Positions 1 to 13,088 are shown, numbered from the stretch's first letter. The stretch: 32,000 nt of DNA from Candidatus Calditenuis fumarioli (GCA_030059665.1 JANVYR010000002.1:99628-131627); one strand, 5' to 3'. Notes: generated by a model from the letters alone, not told the origin. A program made the numbers and translations.

Positions 1-188
1 CCCAGCGCAACCCTCGCCGCCCTTCCCCTCCTCCCCTCAAGCCGCGAGAGGTTCCTGAGCTCCTCTACCACCTGCGGAATTGTGCGGGGCTCCAGGGGTT
101 CTCCGAGCTTGTCCGCCACCAGCGAGAGGAGGTCCCTCCCCAGGTCGGCGCAGAGCATCAGGAAGCTCGTGTCCAGAAGGGCCCTCAA
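1..188 (-). CDS. PIN-domain nuclease, Fcf1/VapC-like (N-terminal ~62 codons; gene continues past the left edge of the window)
   Basis: Not in the ORF track because there is no stop in the window. The minus-strand frame is open from 188 to 1: (TTG)RALLDTSFLMLCADLGRDLLSLVADKLGEPLEPRTIPQVVEELRNLSRLEG... The LLDTS acidic motif at the extreme N-terminus and VVEEL about 45 aa later fit the first two PIN acidic positions. The gene starts 1 nt after the aIF2-gamma stop. A PIN gene directly downstream of aIF2-gamma is, from memory, a conserved archaeal neighbourhood. Confidence 0.55.
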   Translation of the reverse strand, partial: MRALLDTSFLMLCADLGRDLLSLVADKLGEPLEPRTIPQVVEELRNLSRLEGRRGRAARVAL

Positions 189-189
189 C

Positions 190-1434
190 TCACCCGACTA
201 TTTTGCCGTAGCCGATCAGCCTCCAGCCGGTTCCGATCTTCCTGCTGATGGTCACCCTGTCGCCCGGTTTGGCGACCAGCGGTCTGGTCAGCTTGATCTC
301 CAGCCTCTCGGGTGTAACGCTCGTTACCGTTCCGCTAGTGACCGCCGAGTATGAGTTCAGGACTAGCGGCTCCCTCGGGTTGACCCTCGTCACCTTGACG
401 TCGCCGTCGACCCCCACCACGCGCTCGAAGAGGGTGTACTCCAGCGTCAGCTCCCTCCAGGTTGGCGGAAGGTGTCCCGGCTTTCCAGCCATGTTCCCGG
501 CGAGGCCGTCCGACTTCGTCAGCACAGGATCCACGTCCGTCTCGATCCCGACCAGCCCACCGCTCGTCGCCTCCCTCACGCTCTTGTTCCCGGCCTTGAT
601 GTGCCTTGCAACGGTGTGTATCGGCTCGTACGGCGAGTTCGGGTCATTCTCCCTTACCGGAAGACCGGGTGCTATCTCGATCTCGTCGCCCACCTGCACC
701 TTGCCCTGAACGATTGACCCGCCGATCACGCCTCCCTTTATCGCGGTGGCCAGGGTTCCGGGCAGGTTCACGTCGAAGGACCTGAGGACCGGCATCAGGA
801 ACGGAGCGTCCAGGTTCCTCTTGGGCGTCGGTATGTACTTCTCGATCGAGTAGAGCAGCGCGTCCACACCCACTCCCTGCTGTGCCGACACCGGGATCAC
901 CACGGGATCGCTGAACCCCTTCTCGGTCACGTAGCTCACTATCTCCTCGTAGTTCTCGATCGCCCTCTTCCGATCTACGACGTCGAGCTTGTTCTGGACG
1001 AAGACTATCCTCTTCATCCCCATCACCAGCATAGCCTCGAGGTGCTCCCTGTCCTGAGGCTGCGGGAACCTCACCCTCGAATCGATGACGAAGATCGCTC
1101 CGTCGAATAGCGGGGCTCCGCTGAGCATCGTTATCATCAGCGAGTGGTGGCCGGGGCAGTCGATGAAGGAGATCGCCCGCACGAACTCCGTCGGGACGTT
1201 GTGCGTCGGACAGACCTCCTGCGTCGTGTAGTTGAAGGGCTCAGCGCACTTGGGGCACCTGTAGATCGCCGCGTCGGCGTACCCTATCCTGATGGTTATG
1301 CCGCGCTTGAGCTCCTCCGAGTGCCTCGCGGTCCAAACGCCCGTTATCGCCTGGACCAGCGTCGTCTTCCCGTTGTCGACGTGCCCGAGCGTTCCGATGT
1401 TGACCTCCGGCTGCCGCGGTAGCGGCTTGCTCAT
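190..1434 (-). CDS. eif2g: Translation initiation factor aIF2, gamma subunit
   Basis: 414 aa. GTPase G1 motif GHVDNGKTTL, a zinc-knuckle insert (CPKCAEP...CPTH), NKLD G4 motif and EF-Tu-like domains II/III. A TATA-like CTTATTAG (minus strand, 1458-1465) lies about 27 nt upstream of the ATG. Confidence 0.97.
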   Translation of the reverse strand: MSKPLPRQPEVNIGTLGHVDNGKTTLVQAITGVWTARHSEELKRGITIRIGYADAAIYRCPKCAEPFNYTTQEVCPTHNVPTEFVRAISFIDCPGHHSLMITMLSGAPLFDGAIFVIDSRVRFPQPQDREHLEAMLVMGMKRIVFVQNKLDVVDRKRAIENYEEIVSYVTEKGFSDPVVIPVSAQQGVGVDALLYSIEKYIPTPKRNLDAPFLMPVLRSFDVNLPGTLATAIKGGVIGGSIVQGKVQVGDEIEIAPGLPVRENDPNSPYEPIHTVARHIKAGNKSVREATSGGLVGIETDVDPVLTKSDGLAGNMAGKPGHLPPTWRELTLEYTLFERVVGVDGDVKVTRVNPREPLVLNSYSAVTSGTVTSVTPERLEIKLTRPLVAKPGDRVTISRKIGTGWRLIGYGKIVG

Positions 1435-1551
1435 CCCGTGATCCGTCTCGCGTTCCGCTAATAAGTGTCCTCCGATGGGCCTCCGACGGGCAGCTCCGAT
1501 GGGTCGACGCGAAAGGCGTTTTTACCATGGCCTTGAAAGCTGTTGTAGAGG

Positions 1552-2136
1552 GTGGACCGGTTGAACGGCACGGCGACGTTCCGGGGGACGGTGACGAAGA
1601 TAGCGCTCGGGAGGTTGGGCGAGCTGCCTGCTGTGAGGGTCACAGTCACAACTCCGGAGGGGAAATCGGCCGACTACTACGTGGCAGATCCGCCGGACTG
1701 GCTCGAGGTCGGCGTCAGGGTCGAGGGTTCCTTCAGGGAGGCGATCACCACGAGGGGCGTCAAGAGGGTGGTGGACTCGATGAGGAGGACAGATGCGGGC
1801 CAGGCGTTCGAGCTCGAGGAGGTCGAGATCCGGCAGGTCACCTTCCCGCCCCACGGCCTCACCATCGTCGAGGGCGTCACCGGCGACGGCAGGGTCTTCA
1901 GCGTCACCGTAGACGACCCTGAGGTGGTCGAAGAGCTTAGGATGGGGTTGAGGAGGTCCTTCGCGCTCTTCTCCAGGTCCGGTGCGGTCAGGCGGCTTGT
2001 CGCGCTTCTGCCGTACCGTAGGACCGTCCTCGCCAAGAGGGTCAGGGAGCTCCTCGAGATGATCGCGAGGTCCGAGCGGTCCTACACCTCCGAGGAGGCC
2101 CTTAGGCTTCTCAAGGGATCGAGTGACCGGGACTGA
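1552..2136 (+). CDS. Hypothetical protein (no recognisable motif)
   Basis: 194-aa ORF with GTG start. Coding-like GC3 bias. The beta-rich N-terminal half (TFRGTVTKIALG...VRVTVTTPEG) may be a barrel/OB-like fold and the C-terminus is helical. A GTTTTTA box (1518-1524) lies about 30 nt upstream. Divergent from eif2g. Confidence 0.55.
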   Translation: MDRLNGTATFRGTVTKIALGRLGELPAVRVTVTTPEGKSADYYVADPPDWLEVGVRVEGSFREAITTRGVKRVVDSMRRTDAGQAFELEEVEIRQVTFPPHGLTIVEGVTGDGRVFSVTVDDPEVVEELRMGLRRSFALFSRSGAVRRLVALLPYRRTVLAKRVRELLEMIARSERSYTSEEALRLLKGSSDRD

Positions 2137-2204
2137 GCCGCCTGCCGGCCAACGGGTTCGAGGTCAGCGTTAAGCCACAAAAGTCGGCACCCAGTTTCAA
2201 TCCT

Positions 2205-2528
2205 GTGGTCTGGAGGGAAATCTGCAGGCTGAGCGAGCTGAGGGAGAACGAGATGAGGAGGGTCGATCTGGAGGACGCGGAGCTGCTCGTGGTCCGGATC
2301 GGCGACCGGGTCTTCGTCACCGACGCGTGGTGCACCCATCAGCGCTCCGACCTGACGCTCGGCATCCTCGAGGGGAAGAGGGTGAGGTGTGCGCTCCACC
2401 AGGCGCTCTTCGACTTGGAGACCGGCGAGGTCCTCGAGGGCCCGTCCGGCGAGCCGCCTTCCTCCATCAGACCCCTCAGGACCTATCGCGTCAGGGTTGA
2501 GGGCGACGTGGTTCTCGCGGACCTCTGA
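2205..2528 (+). CDS. Small Rieske [2Fe-2S] domain protein (Rieske ferredoxin / NirD-like)
   Basis: 107 aa with GTG start. Complete Rieske ligand motif C-T-H-x16-C-A-L-H (WCTHQRSDL...RCALHQ). Confidence 0.85.
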   Translation: MVWREICRLSELRENEMRRVDLEDAELLVVRIGDRVFVTDAWCTHQRSDLTLGILEGKRVRCALHQALFDLETGEVLEGPSGEPPSSIRPLRTYRVRVEGDVVLADL

Positions 2529-2590
2529 CCGACGACCGCGTGGGCAGGGCACAGTATTATACGAGGTCGTGCGTCCGTGGATGACCGAGC

Positions 2591-3826
2591 ATGTCCTCGT
2601 ACGAGTACCTGGAGAGAGGCCCCTGGCGCGGAGACAGGTGGTGGGTCACGCACCTCAATTACGCCGATGAGGTGGTCTCCCAGTTCAGCTTCCCGAACAA
2701 GATCGTAATCCACGACGTCACGCTCCGGGACGGAGAGCAGACGCCCGGCGTGGTCCTGAAGATGGAGGAGAAGGTGGAGATCGCGAGGGCCCTCGACGAG
2801 GCCGGCGTCGACAGGATCGAGGCTGGGATGCCCGTCGTCTCGGAGGAGGACTTCCAGGCGATAAGGGAGATCTCGAGGCTTGGGCTGAGCGCCAAGGTCT
2901 TCGGCTTCGGCCGGATCAGGACCGAGGACATCGATGCTTGCCTGAAGGCCGACGTGGACGGCGTCATCACCGAGGGACCGGTGGGATACCCGAAGCTCAG
3001 GTACCAGTTCGGGTGGACTCCTGAGCAGCTGGTGGAGTCCGCTGTGCGGGCCATCGACTACGCCAAGGACCACGGCCTCCAGACGATATTCTTCACCGTC
3101 GACGGAACGAGGGCTGACCTGGGATTCCTAACGGAGCTCCTACAGCGCCTCGAGCGGGAGACTAAGGTCGACGGCTTCACCATCGCAGACACCTACGGCT
3201 CTCTGACGCCGGAGGCCGCGAGGTTCCTCTTCAGGCACCTGAGGTCGAGGCTCTCGAGGCCGCTCGAGTTCCACGGCCACAACGACTTCGGCCTAGCGAC
3301 GGCCACCAGCATCGCGGCCCTCTCGGCAGGCGCTGAGGTGGTCCACGTGAGCGTCAACGGGATCGGCGAGCGCGCCGGCAACGCCTCCCTTGAGGAGGTG
3401 GTACTCTCGCTCCACCTGCTGTACGGCCAGCGGACCAACGTCAAGCTCGAGCGGCTCTACGGGCTCTCGAAGCTGGTGGAACGCCTGACGGGCTTCAGGC
3501 TGGCACCGAACAAGGCCGTCGTCGGCGATCGCGTCTTCACCCGGGAGTCCGGGATAGGCGTGGCCGGGTGGCTGAAGTACCCGCTGGGGAGCGAGGCCTT
3601 CAGCCCCGAGCTGGTCGGCAACAGGCCCGCGGTCATAATAGGGAAGAAGAGCGGACGTCACGCGCTGGAGTACAAGCTGAGGGAGCTGGGCGTCGGCAAC
3701 CGACTCAGCGAGGAGAAGCTCGAGGCGATATTGAGGGAGGTCAAGCGGCGCAGCCTGGAGAAGAAGGGCCCGCTCACCGACGAGGAGCTCCTGGAGATCG
3801 TCAACTCCGTCGCGGTCACCGCCTGA
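2591..3826 (+). CDS. HMGL-like (DRE-TIM) acyl-CoA:2-oxoacid condensing enzyme, 2-isopropylmalate / homocitrate / citramalate synthase family
   Basis: 411 aa. Motifs VTLRDGEQ, FHGHNDFGLATA and NGIGERAGNASLEE are hallmarks of the LeuA/NifV/CimA family. There is no LeuA-type C-terminal regulatory domain. An extra ~35-aa N-terminal segment rich in Trp/Arg is present. TATA-like GTATTATAC at 2554-2562. Confidence 0.85.
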   Translation: MSSYEYLERGPWRGDRWWVTHLNYADEVVSQFSFPNKIVIHDVTLRDGEQTPGVVLKMEEKVEIARALDEAGVDRIEAGMPVVSEEDFQAIREISRLGLSAKVFGFGRIRTEDIDACLKADVDGVITEGPVGYPKLRYQFGWTPEQLVESAVRAIDYAKDHGLQTIFFTVDGTRADLGFLTELLQRLERETKVDGFTIADTYGSLTPEAARFLFRHLRSRLSRPLEFHGHNDFGLATATSIAALSAGAEVVHVSVNGIGERAGNASLEEVVLSLHLLYGQRTNVKLERLYGLSKLVERLTGFRLAPNKAVVGDRVFTRESGIGVAGWLKYPLGSEAFSPELVGNRPAVIIGKKSGRHALEYKLRELGVGNRLSEEKLEAILREVKRRSLEKKGPLTDEELLEIVNSVAVTA

Positions 3827-3930
3827 TCCACCTCCTCCAGTCCCTCACCCATCCGAGCCTGCCAGTCCCCCGCCATCCATAACCAACTTATGTCATGATT
3901 TATCTCAGGCCGGACCGCTCTGGTGGCGAG

Positions 3931-4731
3931 ATGGTCTTCAGACCCGTCCCGGAGTCGGAGATCACCAGGGCGATAGCCACCTCCTTCATCGAGATGTTCA
4001 ACGAGTTCGCGCTGAGCGACGTGATCGTCGTGGGCGCAGGGCCTGCGGGTCTTATGGCGAGCAGAGAACTGGCGAGGCGCGGCGTGAAGGTCCTGGTGAT
4101 CGAGCAGAACAACTACCTCGGCGGCGGCTTCTGGCTCGGAGGCTACCTGATGAACCCGGTCACGGTCCGGGAGCCGGCACAGGAGATCTTCGACGAGCTC
4201 GGCGTCCCCTACCGGAAGTTCTCCGAAGGCCTCTACGTCGCCCACGGCCCCCACGCCTGCTCGAAGCTGATAGCCGCTGCCTGCGACGCCGGCGTCAGGT
4301 TCCTGAACATGACCAAGCTGGACGACCTGATCGTGAGGGACGGCCGCGTCTCGGGCGTTGTCGTCAACTGGACGCCCGTGGAGGCCCTGCCGAGGCAGAT
4401 AACCTGCGTCGATCCGATAGCGCTCGAGTCCAAGATCGTCATCGACGCCTCCGGGCACGACGCCGTCGCCGTCAGGAGGCTCGAGGCCAGGGGATACGTC
4501 AAGACGAAGGGGATGGGAGCGATGTGGGTCGAGCGTTCGGAGGACGCTGTCGTGGAGCACACGGGCTTCGTCTACCCCGGGCTGATCGTGGCAGGCATGG
4601 CCGTTGTGGAGACCTTCGGTCTGCCGAGGATGGGCCCGACCTTCGGCGCCATGCTCCTGTCGGGGAAGAGGGCCGCGGAGGTGGCCCTGAGGGAGCTCGA
4701 GGCGATGGAGGCTAAGGCCGTAAGGACCTGA
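3931..4731 (+). CDS. thi4: Thiazole synthase Thi4 (thiamine thiazole biosynthesis; formerly annotated ribulose-1,5-bisphosphate isomerase-like)
   Basis: Dinucleotide-binding [11 protein letters not shown]...VLVIEQ, GGG(F/M)W and IDASGHDA motifs typical of archaeal Thi4. The ORF track starts at ATG 3895, but that ATG sits inside an A/T-rich TATA-like box (ATGATTTATCTC, 3895-3906). The in-frame ATG 3931 lies about 30 nt downstream and gives the usual Thi4 N-terminus ([15 protein letters not shown]...). Confidence 0.9.
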   Translation: MVFRPVPESEITRAIATSFIEMFNEFALSDVIVVGAGPAGLMASRELARRGVKVLVIEQNNYLGGGFWLGGYLMNPVTVREPAQEIFDELGVPYRKFSEGLYVAHGPHACSKLIAAACDAGVRFLNMTKLDDLIVRDGRVSGVVVNWTPVEALPRQITCVDPIALESKIVIDASGHDAVAVRRLEARGYVKTKGMGAMWVERSEDAVVEHTGFVYPGLIVAGMAVVETFGLPRMGPTFGAMLLSGKRAAEVALRELEAMEAKAVRT

Positions 4732-4744
4732 TGAGAGCTGCGCC

Positions 4745-5543
4745 TTGGCTGGTACCTCCCGGAAGCTCGTGCTCTACGCCGATCCCTCTTCTCCGACCCT
4801 GAACGTCTCCGAGATCGCGGAATTCATCCGGTCCGAGATACCGTCGATCGAGGTTGAGGTCCGGCGGGACGTCTTCACCCACTTCCGGGGGACGTACGAC
4901 CCGGAGCGAATAGCCCGTAGGCTCGCCTCCATTAGGATCACCGACCCGGTTACCGGTGCCCTCAACGACGACCCCCTTCCGCTGGAGGTGGAGTACGAGC
5001 TGAGGCGCGTCCTGAACCCTGCCCTGAGGTGCCACGGCGTTCTGTACGACGGTTACGAGCTGATGGCGCTCCTCCGCGACATGATACCGCCTCAGGAGAT
5101 GAGCAGGAACGTCCTCCACCTCGTCTTCACGGGCAGGCTCGTCGGGACTAGGGAGCTGGGAGAGGACAGGGTCCACGCTCGGGTCGTGATCCTCGGCAAC
5201 CCCGCCATAGCCTCCACGAGCGGCGCCGTGGAGGCCCCCGCGAGGCCGCGGGAGTACTACCTGAGCCGTCTGACGACCGCCAACCCGCTGCTCCAGGAGC
5301 TTCTGGTCTCAGCAGGGAAGGCATCCGGTGGATGGGACTGGCTCGAGCACGACGACCCTCGCCTGACGGAGGTGATGAAGGGCTATGCGCTCCAGGCTGT
5401 CTTCTACTTCTTCCTCGGTGAGGCTTTCTGCGACGACGCGGACTGCAGGCTCTTCAACGCCCATCGCCAGTCAGAGCTGATAAGGGCCCAGCTGCTGAGC
5501 GGAAAGCTCTGCAACAAACACCGAGTGATGCTCGAGGGGTTTC

Positions 5544-5563
<20 letters not shown>
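4745..5563 (+). CDS. Archaemetzincin-like protein lacking the HExxH catalytic motif (function unknown)
   Basis: 272 aa with TTG start 14 nt after thi4. The C-terminal segment AVFYFFLGEAFCDDADCRLF-x17-LCNKH matches the archaemetzincin pattern HExxHxxG-x3-C-x4-C-x-M-x17-CxxC at the Gly and three Cys positions. The HExxH positions read AVFYF instead. The N-terminus (KLVLYADP...IEVEV...TYDPER) also resembles AmzA. The pattern comparison is from memory. Confidence 0.45.
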
Positions 5564-9338
<3,775 letters not shown>

Positions 9339-9339
9339 C

Positions 9340-12300
9340 TCACACCACCTCCTCCAGGACCACCTTCGGATAGATGCCCATCGAGAGGAGCTCGTTCAGG
9401 AGTAGGTAGAACGCGTACGACAGCGTCACGAGCTTCGCAGGCGGGTTCTTGCCGTGTATCGGGCACACGAGCCTCTCCTGCTTCAGGTCGTAGTAGGCCG
9501 CAAGCCCGCACTTCTCGCAGAAGTAGACCGAGTACTTGTCGCTCTGCTCCAGCATCCGGTCCAGAAGCAGGTAGCTCGCTCCGTACGCGAGCAGACAGTC
9601 CCTCTCCATCTCCCCGAACTTCAGCCCTCCTCCCCTCGCCCTACCCTCCGTCGGCTGACGGGTGAGCATCTGGACCTGTCCTCTCGACCTGGCGTGGATC
9701 TTGTCCCTGACGAGGTGATGGAGCCTCTGGTAGAAGGTGACGCCGATGAAGATCTCCACCTCGTAACGTCTTCCTGTGAGGCCGTCGTACATCACCTCGG
9801 TTCCCGAGCTCTTGAAGCCCAGCGCCTCCAGCTCGGCCCTGATCTCCTCCAGCGGCTTCCCGATGAAGGGCGATCCATCGATGAACTCCGCCTTCAGGGC
9901 ACCGAGCTTCCCAGCCAGGCTCTCGATCAGCTGGCCGACGGTCATCCTCGACGGGAAAGCGTGCGGGTTGATGATCAGGTCCGGAACGATGCCGCTCGCG
10001 GTGTAGGGCATGTCCGCCTGCCGGAAGACCATGCCGATCACGCCCTTCTGGCCGTGCCTCGACGCGAACTTGTCACCTATTTCGGGGAAGCACATCGCTC
10101 TGACCCTCGGCTTGACGAGCGTGTTCCCCTCCGTGGTGCGCGAGATGAAGACCTCGTCGAGCGTCCCAACCTCGGACGGCCTCACCGCCTCGGAGGCGTC
10201 GCGCCAGATCATCTCCCTCGCCGAGGCCCTGACGTACTCCTCCAAGAACCTGGGAGGGCTGACGACCCCGACCATCACCATGCCCCCGGTCAGCTCCGAC
10301 TCAGGAAGCGCTATCCCGTCCCTGTCGAGGGCCCTGTAGTACGCCTCGCCCCTGTAACCGCGGACGCTCGGGTCCGGTATCGTGATCCTGTCCTTCTCTC
10401 CTCCCAAGTACTGCCTCGCCTCGACCTCATAGGTCCTGTAGCTGATCGTGAGCGCCAGACCCCGCTCTATCGCGGATTTGTTCAGCACCACCGCGTCCTC
10501 GATGTTGTAACCGTAACCCGTCAGGATGGCCACGACGAAGTTCTGGCCGATGGGCCTCTCGTCGAGCCCGAGCAGCTCCATCGTCTTGGTCCTGACGAGC
10601 GCCTTCTGCGGGTAGATCATCAGGTGTAACCTGCTGTCGGTCCTGAGCTCGTACGTGACCAGTGGCAGCCCCAGCGCCTGCTTCGCCATCGAGGCCTCGT
10701 ACACGTTCCTCGGAGACTGGTTGTGGTTGCTGTAGGGTATGATCCCCGCAACCGCTCCCAGCATGAGCAGCGGGCTTATCTCGGCGTGCGTGTGCTCCTC
10801 CGTCAGCTCGTTGGGGTTGATCGCGACGAGAGCGTTCTCCTCCTCCGCCGCGTCGAGGAACTCGATCACCCCTACCGATAGCAGATCCCTGGCCTTCAGG
10901 GTCCCCTGTGCGATCGACTCGACCATCTGGCGCTTGAGCAGCAGCTGTCCCCTCTCCACCACCAGCAGAGGCCTCCTCACCCTGCCCTCGTCCGTGTAGA
11001 TCTCCACCTCCTGGAAGCCCTCGTACTCCCGAACGACGAAGTTGACGGACTGGCTTATCTCGCCGGCCCTCCTCATCCGCCGGAGCTCCTCCACCAGGCG
11101 CCTGCCATCGGGGTGGTATCCGATCAGTTCGCTGTTGATGTAGACCTTCGCCCTCAGGTCCTTCCTCTTCGTCCTCCGCTCGAGGACGCTCATCAGGCTC
11201 ACGAGCCCCAGCTTCAGCAGCTTCCCCCTCAGCTCGCTCTCCTCTTCCTCCGTCAGCGGCACCGTTATCTCAGCGCCAAGGGCCAGGTTCTTCACGAGCC
11301 CGGCGTTCGCTCCCTCAGGGGTCTCCGCAGGGCATATCCTCCCCCAGTGGGTGCCGTGGAGGTCCCTCGCCTCGAAGTGGGGCTGGCTCCTGCTCAGCGG
11401 GCTCTGGACCCTCCTCAGGTGACCGATGGTCGCGAGGTAGTTGGTCCTGTTCAGGATCTGCGTTACTCCCACCCTCCCTCCCGGCCAGTTGCCGGTCGAG
11501 AAGGCCGTGAGGACCGTGTCGTTCACGATCCCAGGTCTGATGAAGGTGGAGAGCGTGATCGGTTGCCTCGTGATCAGCACCCTCTCCAGCTGGTACCTGA
11601 GGTCCCTGACCAGCTTGTTCAGCGCGGCCCGATAGAGCTCCGTCAGCAGCGGGGACTCCATCTTGATCCTCTTGTTCGCGTAGTGGTCCTTGTCGTCCGG
11701 CTTCCTGAGACCAGCAGCGGCCTCCAGCATCCTCCCCACCATCTCGCACAGCAGTATGCCCTTCCTGAACCGGGCGTCCTTCGTGGTCCCCACGTGCACA
11801 AGGAAGTTGTTGTCGATCATCTGCTCCGCCCGCTCGGTCCTGAACTCCTCCGCGTATCCGTAGGCGATCCTGTTGCCGATGTACCTCATGGCCTCCTGGG
11901 GCGTCTCGATGCCCTCCGCCTCCATGAAGCTCGGTATCAGCATCTCCTGCACCTCCGGCACGCTCGAGACGAACTCCACGATCTGCTTGTCGTTCGTGAA
12001 GCCCAGCGCCCTCAGCATGATTATCAGCGGTATGCCCTTGTGTATCTTCGCGAAGAAGACCCTGACAGGCCCTCCTGGCTTGTAGGTCACCTCCACCTTG
12101 CTCTGCTTCCCGTAGGCTATCGAGATGAGGGTGGCCGAGTACTGCGGCGTGCTGTCCTGCTCCTTGACCGTCACCAGTATCTTGTTGGGCGCCAGGTCCT
12201 CGATCGGTACGATCACCCGCTCCGCGCCGTTGATGATGAAGTAGCCTCCGGGGTCCCTGGGGTCCTCACCGATCGCGAGGAGCTCCTCGTCGGTCATCTT

Positions 12301-12720
12301 GCTCAGCGGGCATATCGAGGACTTCACCATGATCGGTATGATGCCTAGCTGGACGCGCTCCCCCTTGACGATCTCCCTGTCGTCGAGCTTCAGCGTAACC
12401 TTCGCGTAGATCGGTGCCACGTAGCTGAGGTTCCGGAGCCTGCACTCGTTGGGCGTCACGTTGTGCCTCTCAGAACCGTCGACCTCCCTCACCGTCGGCG
12501 GCCCTATCTCGACGCCGGAGAAGATCAGCTGCGCCACGCCGTGCTTCGTCTTGATCTCTATCGGGCTCATGCTCCTCAGCAGCTTCATCAGCCCCTCCCG
12601 GACGAAGTACTCGTAGGACCTGAAGTGGTGCGCCACAAGCCCCTCCTCCTCGACCACGGCCCTCGCGACGGTCCAGAGCTGCTCGTCCGTGAAGACCTCC
12701 TGCTGAGCTTTCGCCTTCAT
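9340..12720 (-). CDS. rpoB: DNA-directed RNA polymerase subunit B (unsplit)
   Basis: 1126 aa with Rpb2-family motifs (GEMERDCLLAYGA, SRHGQKGV, C-terminal zinc ribbon CEKCG...CPIHG). Its stop lies 1 nt before the rpoA ATG and its start overlaps the rpoH stop (ATGA). Confidence 0.98.
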   Translation of the reverse strand: MKAKAQQEVFTDEQLWTVARAVVEEEGLVAHHFRSYEYFVREGLMKLLRSMSPIEIKTKHGVAQLIFSGVEIGPPTVREVDGSERHNVTPNECRLRNLSYVAPIYAKVTLKLDDREIVKGERVQLGIIPIMVKSSICPLSKMTDEELLAIGEDPRDPGGYFIINGAERVIVPIEDLAPNKILVTVKEQDSTPQYSATLISIAYGKQSKVEVTYKPGGPVRVFFAKIHKGIPLIIMLRALGFTNDKQIVEFVSSVPEVQEMLIPSFMEAEGIETPQEAMRYIGNRIAYGYAEEFRTERAEQMIDNNFLVHVGTTKDARFRKGILLCEMVGRMLEAAAGLRKPDDKDHYANKRIKMESPLLTELYRAALNKLVRDLRYQLERVLITRQPITLSTFIRPGIVNDTVLTAFSTGNWPGGRVGVTQILNRTNYLATIGHLRRVQSPLSRSQPHFEARDLHGTHWGRICPAETPEGANAGLVKNLALGAEITVPLTEEEESELRGKLLKLGLVSLMSVLERRTKRKDLRAKVYINSELIGYHPDGRRLVEELRRMRRAGEISQSVNFVVREYEGFQEVEIYTDEGRVRRPLLVVERGQLLLKRQMVESIAQGTLKARDLLSVGVIEFLDAAEEENALVAINPNELTEEHTHAEISPLLMLGAVAGIIPYSNHNQSPRNVYEASMAKQALGLPLVTYELRTDSRLHLMIYPQKALVRTKTMELLGLDERPIGQNFVVAILTGYGYNIEDAVVLNKSAIERGLALTISYRTYEVEARQYLGGEKDRITIPDPSVRGYRGEAYYRALDRDGIALPESELTGGMVMVGVVSPPRFLEEYVRASAREMIWRDASEAVRPSEVGTLDEVFISRTTEGNTLVKPRVRAMCFPEIGDKFASRHGQKGVIGMVFRQADMPYTASGIVPDLIINPHAFPSRMTVGQLIESLAGKLGALKAEFIDGSPFIGKPLEEIRAELEALGFKSSGTEVMYDGLTGRRYEVEIFIGVTFYQRLHHLVRDKIHARSRGQVQMLTRQPTEGRARGGGLKFGEMERDCLLAYGASYLLLDRMLEQSDKYSVYFCEKCGLAAYYDLKQERLVCPIHGKNPPAKLVTLSYAFYLLLNELLSMGIYPKVVLEEVV

Positions 12721-13067
12721 GCCTCGTCCACCACCCGGTAGTACACCGTGACGCCAGCGGTCGGTGAGGTCCTCGTGATCTTGATCACGTCTCCCGGCCT
12801 GGCTCCGAGCTTACGCACCACCGGATCCGACGTGAGTATCTTCGGTAGCTGCGTCCTGGTCGTTTTGTAACGCCTTAGGACCTCTTCCTGCTCCTGCTCC
12901 GAGAGCAGCTCGTGCACCAGCCTCCAACCGAAGACCTCCAGCTCCACCACCCGCGGCCTCTCCTGTGCGGCCTCCTTGGGCCTCTCCGCCTCCGGAGAGG
13001 GCTTCTCCTTCTTGGCCTTCGACCTGGATGAGACCCGAGCCGAGGACATAATATCCCCCAGATGCAC
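12717..13067 (-). CDS. rpoH: DNA-directed RNA polymerase subunit H (Rpb5 C-terminal domain homologue) with a basic N-terminal extension
   Basis: The C-terminal ~75 aa (HELLSEQEQEEVLRRYKTTRTQLPKILTSDPVVRKLGARPGDVIKITRTSPTAGVTVYYRVV) is a typical RpoH. GTG 13067 lies 27 nt downstream of a TATA-like CTTGATAAAAG (minus strand, 13089-13099). The alternative ATG 13049 is preceded by GGGGGAT. Confidence 0.85.
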   Translation of the reverse strand: MHLGDIMSSARVSSRSKAKKEKPSPEAERPKEAAQERPRVVELEVFGWRLVHELLSEQEQEEVLRRYKTTRTQLPKILTSDPVVRKLGARPGDVIKITRTSPTAGVTVYYRVVDEA

Positions 13068-13088
13068 TTGGGAGAAGTGATCTCAGCC

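Noticed and set aside
4728-4800. C-box-like CTGATGAG just after the thi4 stop
   Set aside because: There is no C' box and no correctly spaced D boxes. It is most simply the stop-codon context plus the SD-less junction to the next gene.
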